From positions 55,924,001 to 55,988,000 of the forward strand of contig OX597821.1 of assembly GCA_951406725.2 (NCBI GenBank): DNA of 64,000 nucleotides. The letters run 5' to 3'. The DNA is from Octopus vulgaris. Its lineage: Eukaryota. The position numbers and the translations under genes are program-made. Shown here piece after piece: positions 52,956 through 64,000 of the stretch (the stretch's first letter is position 1; every line of letters starts with the position of its first letter). The notes under the pieces are model-generated. The model saw nothing but the letters and a program-made list of their open reading frames with translations, did no database searches and was not told the DNA's origin.

Positions 52956-52961
52956 AATAAA
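52956..52961 (+). terminator. Putative NDUFA1 polyadenylation signal
   Basis: First AATAAA after the stop codon, about 240 nt downstream. Confidence 0.5.
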
Positions 52962-53334
52962 CACGAAATCCCATATTTGGTTGCTCTGTATGCAGAAATA
53001 GCTTTAAAATTCCCTAACATCGATTTGGAAAAAGCAAAAGGGATGATTAATTTTGATAACGTAGTCCTAAATACTCTGTACTTGCAAAAAAAGATGAAAT
53101 GGTAAACTTTGGTCATCAGCATGTTTGATCTGAGCAGATCTAAGACTTAACAATAACAGTGGGTATAAAATATTTTGACATGTGGGTGTAATTGTCCAGT
53201 GATTTAATTTCACAGATATAATGCCTCATAAAATTAAGCAACTACTACCACCACCACAAAATCACCTTCACTATTATAAAGATGGCAAGAAAGTTTTTGC
53301 TGTTTTTAACCTTTAAATTCAGATGCACATTATC

Positions 53335-53601
53335 TCAGCTCAAACAAAAGTTTATTAATTGAAATAAACATCATCAGAATCAACACACTTTTGCCAACGT
53401 GAAACAAGTTTATTTATGCCAGTAGCATAATCCTACGTTCTGGTGGTGATGAAGTCGTTGAAGGCGTGTTTGGCATCGTCTTGGTTTTTGAAGCATTTTT
53501 CATGCAGGAAGTCAAAAGTGGTTTAACGAAAATTAATTTGAAAATACATCATTTAAAACCAAAATTAAAAATTCCCGAAGAACTTTCTTGACAACCTAAT
53601 A
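53335..53601 (-). mobile_element. Internally deleted mariner derivative
   Basis: Minus strand encodes a mariner C-terminus (..GINKLVSRWQKCVDSD..) similar to 48360-48430. Ends gaactttcttgacaacctaata. Confidence 0.65.
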
Positions 53602-56600
53602 CTTTTATTGATATAGCTACACAGGTTTCTCTTTGTTCTTCGTGCTCTGAGTTCAGCAACCTGATATTAAAATGACAGTCATGTCTTTATCTATTCCATT
53701 TCATCTTGTAACAAAACTTAATTATCTATGCTGAAAGTATTGAGATAACTGTTGGCATTTATCCATTGTTATTTTCTTTTTGTACATAAAATGAGGTACT
53801 TTAGACTTGGAAGAGGAGCATAGTTTTTGCCCAATTATCCTCACACAAGTGAATCTCCTTTAGTAAGGCAACTATTCCTGTCCATCTTCATACTCCAACC
53901 TCTCTTGGCACATGGCGACATCTCAGTTTCTCTTCTTCTCTCAACTGAAAGGTTCTTGCAAGCTACTTGGCAACTCTATAGGTACTGAGGCTATATAAGA
54001 AGCTTTCATGATGGCGCCATGTAAAAGGGACCTATACTGGTGCCACATAAACACCCGTGCTGGTACCACTTCAAAAACACCCAGTACACTCTGAAAAGTG
54101 GGTAATATTAGGAAGGGCATCCAGTAATAAAAACCATACCAAAACAGACCATTGGAGCCTGGTGCAGCTCTACAGCTTGCTAGCTCCTGTCAAATCATCT
54201 AACTCAAGTCAGCATGGAATGCAGACATCAGATGATGATGAAGTGAATAAATTTATTCGTTTACTTATTTTAGTCATTTGAATTTTGGCCATGCTGGAGC
54301 ACTGCCTTAAAGGGTTTTAGTCAAAGAAATTGACCCCAGATCTTATTCTTTGTAAACCTAGTACTTATTCTATCGGTATCTTTTGCCAAACCACTAAATT
54401 ACAGGGACATAAACATACCAGCATGGAACCCAAGGTTCCATGCAGTGGGACTGAACCCGAAACCATGTGGTTGGAATGCAAGCTTCTTACCACAGCCATG
54501 CCTGCACATTAAGGACATAAAGTATTTCTACACTTTACATTTTGTGTTTGAATAACATCAAGGTCAACATCGCAATCTTGTGTGTAAGAAGCCATAATTT
54601 TGATTTGTTTTATACACTCAGTGTTTATTGGTCAAGAGCAGTAAGAATCATTGGAGACAAATTTGCAGGGAAATCAGAAAGAGTATTTCAGAGAAGTTGA
54701 GGTCATGCTTCATGCTATGTCAATGGGGTTTTTTTTTTTTTTCAAATTGGTGTTTATAATACCAAATGTCACTTCACAGTAAAAATCTTAGTATCTAAAT
54801 TTTTTTTTCATGTGTGCTTCTAGTAAGTGCTATGGAGTGCTTAAGTCTCATTTAGACCTCTGAAAGAGAGGAAGAAGGTATCCTCAAACTGGAGTTTGAA
54901 TACTTGCAACAGTGTGAACCCCAACTAAAATTATACATGGAGGGTTTAAACTGGGCAACAAATTAAGTCTACAAACCCCAGGCGTGACTATGTGGTAAGA
55001 AGCCTGCTTCCCAACCACAATGGTTCCAGGTTCAGTCCCACTGCATAGCACCTCGGGCTAGTGTTTTCTACTATAGCCTTAGTGGACTTGGTAGATGGAA
55101 AAAGAAAGAAGCCCATTGCATACATGTATGTGTGTTATTGTGTTTGTGTTTGTCCTCCACCACTGCTTGCCAACTGGTGTTGGGGTGTTTATGTCCTTGT
55201 AACATAAAGGTTCAGCAAAAGTCCTGAGGTCAATTTGACTAAAACCCTTCAAGGCAGTGCCCCAGCATGGCCATATTCAAATGACTGAAGCAAGTAAGAA
55301 AAATGGTAGACTACTCTGGGATTTAGACTCTGAACATAAAGAACTAAAATAACTACTTCAAGACATCCTGTCCAACACTAACAATTCCAGCTGTCTACTA
55401 TAGACTGGTACCTTATTGAAGGATGAAAGGTAAATTTTCCCATGGTGGGATTCCAAGAACTGGAAGAAATACAGTGGGACATCTCACCTGATGCTGTAAT
55501 GACCCAGCCAATTTGTCACTATTCATTAATAAAATAAATAGTTGAAACTTCAGTGATGTGACAGGAAGACGTTTTTTTTTAAAGAAGTGTTGATGAAATG
55601 GATTTCCAGTCCAAATTCATTCTTAACAGAAAACTATAACTTGTAGTGTACCTTAAGGATATTTTGTACCAACTTGCAAAACATGTTTTAGTCAGAGAAA
55701 AAAAGGTAGGGGTTCCACCTAGCCCACAAGGAAATTATGGACAAGGAAAGAACTAGAGCTGGGATGGGACTGATCCAGATACAACAGAGTGAACTTGATT
55801 AAAAGTACACAAAGGCCAAGAGATGTTGTGCTGGATTTATCACATGATTTGCAGCATAAGAAATGAATACCCATACATCTTATGCTGGAGTGTCAAATGC
55901 CAATGAAGCAGATTCTCATTTTCTAAGATTGTAATCTTTGCTCTGAAGCCCCTAACTTGATTCAAGACAAGGTCAGACATTTCTCGAGGAGAAGTATATT
56001 TTGATGGTTGAGGAGAAGTATATTTTGATGGCAACGTGCATGACTGGTGTCTAATTACCTTAGAAAAATGAAAGGTGATGCAATATAAGCAGAGATTTCT
56101 TCTTAATGGCATGTGCTTAGATCTGCTTCTACCATTGTATTAATGATTTCTTACTCTTTGTCAAAGCCATCTTACTTCTGTTTGAAATTGTTTATTCTAA
56201 AATGACTGACAATGTGTTTTGATATCAAAATATATGTTGTTTACTCATCACATTTTACCCTGTGATAGGTCCTTTGAACAATGTTACTTTTTTTCTTATT
56301 TTATTTTATGTTTTCTTTTAAACAATTTCCAAATTTATTGAAATAAGTGAATTAAGAAAAAGAAGAAAAATCTATCACAACAAATTAGTATAATTACCAT
56401 TTAATTCTACAACTCTCATTGACTCTGTCATTTCACACCATCACAAGCTTTATTGCTAATATGTCTGTGTGAAACTCCATCATCACATCATCTTTATTGC
56501 ATTTTGTTTCCATTTTGCCTTTTTTTATGTTTGGAATTAAATTTGAAATATATTTTCCCTCGCCATTCTTGCACCAGGGCTAAAACCTATCTTCGTTAAC

Positions 56601-57339
56601 AGCATATTGTGTTAAAACCAAGCAAACAAGGTTTGTTTAAGACGATATACCTTGATAAGTCACCTGATGAGACACTTCTGCACTGATGTTGTACAGTATC
56701 CCACCCACAAGGGATCAATGTCAAGATGGGTTGAAATGACTGTTGTGAGCAATGAATTTTCTCATATGTTCCATTTTCCATCTCTATCTATTATTTGTTA
56801 TATACTTGATGAAAACTGAGGTAGATCCAATGACAGTTGTAAAAAAAACATGGATGATGTCAGGTAGTAATAGGCAGTGAACATGCTTCACTGGCTAACT
56901 GCAAGGTACATACTCAATGCTTAAACAATTATATATGTGTGTCTGTCTGTGTTTATCTCCTACCATTGCTTGACAACTGGTGTTGGTGTATTTATGTTGC
57001 AGTAACTTAGTGGTTCAGCAAATGACACCAATAGAATAAGTACTGAGGTCAATTCATTTGACTAAAACTTCTTAAAGGCCTGGTCCTTATATGACCACAG
57101 TGGAATAGCTGAAACAAGTGAAAAATAAAAGATATATATGACACATGCATACATTCATATAATCATGGCTGCATGATTAAGAAATTACTTTACAAACACA
57201 TGATTTGGAGTTTAGTCCCAAAGTGTGGCTGCTTGGATAACTGTCTTCTGCTATTGCATTGAGCTAAACAATGACTTATGAGTGAATTTGTGAATTTTGA
57301 AGGCAGAAACTCTATAAAGCTGCTGCTTCTTGCTTGTTT

Positions 57340-57905
57340 TATGCTCTTGCTTGATGGTGCTGGGGTCATCTCAGATGTGACGTTTGGGATGAAACATTGG
57401 TACACTTTGTTGTAGAATGTCCCAAGATGGCTCTGTGAGAATATAAGAAATGGAGGCATGATCAATTTGGGAAGTTTTACATTGGAAGCTTTGGCGGAAA
57501 TAAGAGTTTGAAGCAGGCAGTACATGATAAAGATCATCAGGTAGAAAGAGTGCTTGAGTCAGAAACAGGCAAGATTTTGTGAGACTTTCCAACTGAAACA
57601 TTAAAAAACAGAACATAACAAACCAGATATTACAATAATAGATAAGGAAAATTGAATGTGCTTATTGATTGATCCATCATGTCCATTTGATTCCGGGATT
57701 GTGAAGTAAGGTGAAAAAACGTTGAAACAATACAGCCCCTTAAAATTTGAGATTGCAAGAATTTGGGACATTAAACCTGTAAATGTTGTACCTAAGATAA
57801 TAATTGCACAAGGAACTGTGAGTGATGATATAGACAAATGGATAGAGATTGGAATAAAATGTCATTTAGAGCTACTGTAAAAGGTTTGCTTCATAGAAAC
57901 AGGAA
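57340..57905 (+). mobile_element. Restriction-like-endonuclease LINE relic (R4/Dong- or NeSL-like C-terminus)
   Basis: ETLVHFVVECPK..YKKWRHD zinc-knuckle/RHD and HNKPDITIIDK..LIDPSCPFD..EK..Y PD-(D/E)xK-type motif; frameshifted. Confidence 0.75.
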
Positions 57906-58294
57906 ATAATGATCAGTCTTATCATTATAGGAACAAGGCCTGAAAATTTGGGGGACAGGGCTAGTCGATTACATCAAGCCTTGTGCACAACTCATACTTA
58001 TTTTAGCAGCATCTAAATTCGACCTCGGCGGAATTTGAACTCAGATGGACAAGTGCCACTATGATAATTCAGGTATTTATAGCATTGTACACGAGCTTCC
58101 GGTGTGAATGCCAAGTAGTACAGCATCTTGTATCCAAAATTGTGGCAGAGTGAATTGCATCATGGTGCTGTTTTTCCCACAGAGGGTGCTCAGCTGACCC
58201 TACTATACAGTGTAGTCAACAACTTCAAAAACAAACAATGTGCATCCGTGAAATTAAACATATAAAATGGCGACAATATACCCATCGCACTCTG

Positions 58295-58298
58295 TATG

Positions 58299-58341
<43 letters not shown>

Positions 58342-58347
58342 ATAATG

Positions 58348-58391
<44 letters not shown>

Positions 58392-58422
58392 TATAATTAT
58401 AATAAAAATAATAATAATAATA

Positions 58423-58473
<51 letters not shown>

Positions 58474-58495
58474 ATAATAATAATAATAATAATAT
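58295..58495. repeat. Compound microsatellite (AT)n-(AAT)n-(TAT)n-(AAT)n
   Basis: Read directly from the sequence. Confidence 0.95.
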
Positions 58496-58682
58496 TAGAG
58501 AATATGATTCCAAACTTACAGGGAAAAATTCAATTTAGTAATGCTAAATCAAATTTCACAATGTATAATACATTTATATTAATTAAAGAAGAACCACCAT
58601 CATATCCTTAAATTTTTTTTCTATATGGTATGATTTAAGTATATCACTGTTGAATTGCTTCATGGTGGTTCTTCTCTAATTC

Positions 58683-58714
<32 letters not shown>

Positions 58715-58778
58715 ATGTAAAAGTCTGTATATATGTATGTATTTATATTTATAACTTAACCTTATGAACGTTCTAAAC

Positions 58779-58900
58779 TCTCTGACGAAGCCCAGAGGCA
58801 CACCCAAGTACCTTAATCTTATTTACCAAATACTTCAGTTCACTGAAGGGATGGGAGTAAAGTTGGGTACTATAACCTCTTGGCTGAAACAGCTGTAAGA
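58779..58900 (+). ncRNA. Minimal type-I hammerhead ribozyme motif with long stem II
   Basis: TCT-CTGACGA-AGCC(C)AGAGG...CCTCT(T)GGCT-GAAA-C-AGCT-G-TA-AGA: complete core, GUA triplet, palindromic stem III. Confidence 0.7.
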
Positions 58901-59269
58901 TACTATTCTACTTCCTATGCTCTACGTTATATATTTTAATAATTACTGGTATTTTTATATTTTTATATATGTAAAACATAATGTTATAATGTTATACAAG
59001 TATGTATATTGTTGTAATGGTTTAAATAAATAAATAAACATAATATAATGTCTTAAAGGTGATGAATACCATCTCTTTATCCCCTCGATTTTCTTATTGC
59101 TGTATATGTATATATATACCGGAGTAAACACATAAATGTGAAACAAGGTGGAAAAAAGAGTACTCAAATACCAGTGGTAGAGTAATATGCTTTATTTAAA
59201 GCAGCAGAAAATTCAACGGGAAACTCAGAGTAACAGGTTTTGTTGAATTTTCTGCTGCTTTAAATAAAG

Positions 59270-59310
<41 letters not shown>

Positions 59311-60738
59311 AGAGTTTACGAAAAAAACAAAAGACGAAGACAGGTGGTGTACAAAACAAACAGATGTATTAGTATAACGCTCAGGAATAGAAAGCGTCTT
59401 TTACGTTTCGAGCCTACGCTCTTCTACAGAAAGGGACACAGAAAAAACAAGTAGGGGAAAAATGTGTGTAGTGGCAAACGATCTCTCATATATGTATATA
59501 TATATAGTAAGTGGACAAACGAAATAAGGGTACTCAACAAATTTATTTGGGGCTACATGTAAGGATGAAAACAGCTTGATTGAAATTCGTTAGTACTTTT
59601 GAGTTTCAAGCGTTATGCTAGTCATCAGTCATTTTGAATTCAAATTCAAAATGGCTTACGACAAGAATCACTCTTGAAACTCAAAAGTACCAACGAATTT
59701 CAATCAAACTTTCTTTATCCATATATACATATATGTGTGTGCGTGTGCGCGTGCGTATGTATGTATATATGTGTGTGTGTCTTTGTGTCTGTGTTTGTCT
59801 CTTCATCACTGCTTGACAATCGGTGTTGGTGTGTTTACGTCCCCGTAACTTAGTGATTCGTCAAAACAGACCGATAGGAATAGTACTAGGCTATAAGAAA
59901 AAATAAATCCTGGGTTCGATTTGTTCGACTACAAAAAACTCTTCAAAGCTGCAGTGCTCCAGCATGGCCGCAGTCAAATGACTGAAACCAGTATATAGAT
60001 ACATGTATGAAGATGGTGGTCTTTTAAGCTACAGTTTTATTTTATTTATTTATTTTTCTTTGTTGAACGAAATCAAGAAACCATCTCAAAAGTACTGAAG
60101 ACGAAATTTAAAGCATTTTCTGTTCGGGATATCGAATTAAAATCAACCACTTGAACCTACAGGTCAAAAATTTCATTCGTTTGCCGAAGTACTAGCGCCT
60201 GAAAGAAAATTGTAAATTTTTTAATCAACAACTGCACGTGGTCAGTGAGGATAATGTGCAGTTTTCTTCTCTTTAAACAAAGCAGGTCTAAAGAAAGGAA
60301 ATAAAAGAAAGGATAAATATTTATTTCTCCTTGCTTCCTAGAGATTCACAGGTAAGTTTGTTGTTTACACTTACAGCAGCGAATTTTTCGATAAACCAAA
60401 CTGTAACATAGATCTTAAATCGTTTTGTTTACACAAACTGACTTTTTATAAACCATATCAATAAACGTGGATCCGAAATCGTTTTTTTATATTAACAGCG
60501 CTCTTCGATAAAACAAATCGGTAAACATAGATCATAAACTGAAAGACCAAAAACGTATACAGGTATGTTTTCTTTATTCATTTTCCTTTTCCCTCCCTGT
60601 ATACCACTCTTGCCACACATTCGCAATGGTGTTTTCTAATTTTTTTTTTTGTTGTTGTTATATCGCAATACTACACAGTGGCGACGAGGATTGCGTAGCT
60701 CACACAGCCAGTGTGTAGTATTGCGATATAACACTTAT

Positions 60739-60799
<61 letters not shown>

Positions 60800-60859
60800 C
60801 CCATCTACCTATCTTTCTATATGTATGTATGTATGTATGTATGTATCTACCTATCTTTC

Positions 60860-60891
<32 letters not shown>

Positions 60892-60980
60892 TGTATGTAT
60901 GTATGTATATATGTATGTATGTGTGTGTGTATGTATATATATATATATATACATACATACATACATATATACATACATAC

Positions 60981-61053
<73 letters not shown>

Positions 61054-61101
61054 AATAAATGAAAGAATGGAGTTGAACGACGAATTAACAAAATTCCTTT
61101 A

Positions 61102-61184
61102 TTTTCGACATATGTTTCGAAGGCTGCATATTCCTAATTTCGAAGGAATAAGGGGTGCATTATGCCGCCTTCTCATCAGGAAAA
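61102..61184 (-). ncRNA. Hammerhead ribozyme motif (left arm)
   Basis: Reverse complement reads TTTTC-CTGATGA-GAAGGCGGCATA...TATGCAGCCTTC-GAAA-CATATG-TC-GAAAA. Confidence 0.75.
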
Positions 61185-61311
61185 CAAGGAACTTATGTCA
61201 GCATCAAGATGCACAAAAACTTTTAGATGACTGCCCACACGGAGCCCATAGCGGTGTGGGCAGTCATCTAAAAGTTTTTGTGCATCTTGATGCTTGACAT
61301 AAGTTCCTTGT

Positions 61312-61394
61312 TTTTCCTGATGAGAAGGCGGCATAATGGACCCCTTATTCCTTCGAAATTTGGAATATGCAGCCTTCGAAACATATGTCGAAAA
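61312..61394 (+). ncRNA. Hammerhead ribozyme motif (right arm)
   Basis: TTTTC-CTGATGA(61317-23)-GAAGGC...GCCTTC-GAAA(61378-81)-C ATAT G-TC(61389)-GAAAA, with AATAAA at 61393-61398. Confidence 0.78.
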
Positions 61395-61591
61395 TAAAGG
61401 AATTTTGTTAATTCGTCGTTCAACTCCATTCTTTCATTTATTTGTATTTAAAAAAACACAGAAATTTCCACACGATAGCACGTGATCTCTGCCCTAGGCA
61501 TGTAGCTTCAACCGTGTTTTTCTGACGTGAATTTGCTACCCATGTATCGGTTAACCGAATTATCCATAATAAGATAATTCATCAACTACTC

Positions 61592-61645
<54 letters not shown>

Positions 61646-62859
61646 AAGTAAAATTGGAAGGTACCGCACGTGTGAAAACATATAGAGAAGTGGATTTGAA
61701 AATGCAGAGGTCTTTTAAAGATGTTTATTGACTTGACCGTTTTCACTTTTTTAAAGAAAGATTTTCAAAAGTAAAATGCAAGGCTTTGTGTAGCCTTTGT
61801 GATGTTAAAAAATGGTTAACATAGATGTATTAAAATACTGTGATAGAGTCTTTGACAATGATAAGATGTTATGAAATAGAAACTTTGACAATAATAAGAA
61901 AATTTTAAGAGGGGTTTTGTGTTTAAACAGTTTACATAAAAGTGTTCAAAATAGGTAGTAAAATAAATTCATAATTATTTTTAAGTTCATCAAAAATCAT
62001 GTATATAAGCATATATACAGAAAGAATTTGTAGACAGTATTTGATAGGAGAAAGCGTTTAGTGCTTAGTCAAAATTTCATCAGAAATCATATTTAAAAAT
62101 TTATACAGAATTTTAGGGGAATGACCAACTTTTTTTCTTCATCTCCAGTCTTGTATGTGTGTTTGGCAAGAATGGCTGCTATTTTTAGAAAAAATGCGGG
62201 AGGTTGGTTGGTAGAGGAAGCATTCCCATGATCTGGTTTCGAATAGGAATCAAAAGGTTTTTTTTTTTTGCGGGGAGGGGTTCTGATTTAGTCTGTCATG
62301 GCTCGGTGGTTTTTCGGACTGGTCTTAGAATTCGGTGTAAGTGTGTGTGTGTGTGCATATATATATATATATATGTGTGTGTGTATGTGTGTGTGTGTGT
62401 GCGCGCGTGCGTGTGTGTGTGTATTTGCATTGAGAACCACTTCCCATCGCCAGCCAGTGGTTGTCACATGTTGATGACGGGTCAATACTCGGAAACTCGA
62501 GTCCGTGTGTATATCACATCAGGTTAGAGATGGGAACGATGACTTCCATTTGTAAATAATGATAGGGCATAGAAAGTGTGTCAATAGCCAGCTGGAGGAG
62601 ATGTCTTCCTGGGGCTACAAGCTACAGTAGCATCAACCCTTAAGGGTTAGCCACATTTAGGTGGCAAATATACTTCAAGAAAAAAATACCTAGTTGTGTA
62701 TTAAAGCTACTATTGATTTCATGTTAAGAAAATACCTTAATATCTTAATTTCTTAACAATTTTCAAGCCGACCACATGGAGGAATGGTGTTCGTCTCTGT
62801 TTTGGATTAAAACACGAAAGATCACGAGAATTCACAATACACTCTCGTAAATAAAACAA

Positions 62860-64000
62860 GAAATCAAAGGGCAACGAGATAAGGTATCGGCGGGGATATT
62901 GTCATTACTAGCGAAGGGGAAAATGTCACTAGTGAACTGTGATATGTAGTCCAAATGCCTTGTTTCTCTATGCAACTACCGGTCTGTTTTGGCAAAGAGC
63001 GAACGTTAGCAGTTTGTGGTTGGTGAAAATCGTGAAATCTCTACCTTCGAGAAGATGAGAGAGATGCTTCACCGCCAGATAAATTGCTAAGAGTTCTTTA
63101 CAAAACACACTATATCTCGTTTCGGCATCTTTCAACTGGTGTGAGAAGAAGGCCAATGGCTGGCTTCAGCTGTTGACAGATTGCTCTAAAACGACAGCAA
63201 TGGCGGATGATAACGCGTCGACAGTGAGTGATAATTTTGCATCCGCAACAGGATGCTTGGACAAGGTCAGCTCTGACAGACTCAAAGCTTGGTTGGCTGT
63301 AGGAGACAACGTTATCTGGGAGTGTTTTTTTCCATTGATGTTTCAAAAGCAGGGTCAAAGGAAGCAACTTCTCCGCACAGTTAGGAATGAAACGACGATA
63401 ATAATTAATTAAACCAATAAAATTTCTGAGCTATTTTAATGAAACAGAAGACAAGCATTTGAGGGCTTCCACCTTAAAGGGAAGCGAACGAATACCTTCG
63501 ACGTCATGAGCTGCCCCAAGAATTCCAAGCCGGTAGAACCGAATACACACTTAGCTGGATTAATTTCTTCACATCATAGGGACGTAGGCGCATGAACAGT
63601 TGGGTTAAGTGTTGGAGGTGCTGGTCTGGAGTACCACTGGTGATAAGGTCATCGACGAATGCGAAGACAAAATCTAACCCACGAATGACCACATCAATGA
63701 ACCTTAGGAACGTACTGGCCGCGTTGCGAAGTCCAAACGGCATAGACAAAAATTCAAGCGCTCCAAAAGGCTTGATGACAGCTGTCTTTGGAATGTCGTC
63801 GGGGTAGGCAGGGATTTGGTGGTACGCGCGTACCACGTCGAATCTTGCAAAAAGAACCTTGCAGCCGTACAGGGCAGATGAAAAATCCTGCACAATTGGT
63901 AGGGGATATCGATCTGCGATAGTGACAGTGTTAAGACATCTAAAATCTCCAACCGGTCGGAAATCAGCTTCATTCTTCCTGGCCATGTGTAAAGATGCTG
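62860..64000 (-). mobile_element. Ty3/gypsy pol relic (RT + RNase H), running off the right edge
   Basis: DFRCLNTVTIADRYPLP, MPFGLRNAASTF and FVDDL; AFFSHQL..AETRYS...ELLAIY...FTIFTNHKLL; frameshifted. Confidence 0.93.

Larger units (their letters stand above)
61049..61447. repeat. Near-perfect palindrome, ~190-bp arms, ~13-nt loop (61241-61253)
   Basis: Arms are reverse complements with about 4 differences counted by eye. Confidence 0.97.

Noticed and set aside
55987-56032. 22-bp direct duplication gaggagaagtatattttgatgg
   Set aside because: A simple local tandem duplication with no supporting context.
58267-61091. Poly-I/N/Y and YIYI/MYVC ORFs
   Set aside because: Translations of microsatellites.

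Overview
AT-rich, repeat-dense animal genomic DNA. The SINE/RTE repertoire and (AT)n load suggest an octopus or other coleoid; this is an inference. Two spliced genes, largely missed by the ORF track, sit head-to-head around a shared promoter of about 300 bp at ~38.5-38.8 kb. UPF3 (NMD factor, minus strand) has 11 coding exons traced from 38479 to 6438 (596 codons), and its final exon appears to lie left of the window. It has a GC-AG first intron, a 27-bp tandem-repeat exon and a duplicated exon-3 acceptor in intron 2. NDUFA1/MWFE (plus strand) has coding exons 42607-42708, 48033-48122 and 52661-52717 (82 aa). The rest is transposon material: RTE LINEs with a PHD-like finger downstream of the RT core, a CR1/L2-type LINE split by an RTE, Penelope, R4/Dong-like RLE and Ty3/gypsy relics, three mariners, piggyBac relics/MITEs and three tRNA-derived SINE families. 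The most unusual structure is a cluster of hairpins with minimal hammerhead-ribozyme motifs at 58.5-61.8 kb. It includes a ~400-bp near-perfect palindrome with an intact hammerhead motif on each strand. All coordinates were read by eye, and repeat boundaries are approximate.
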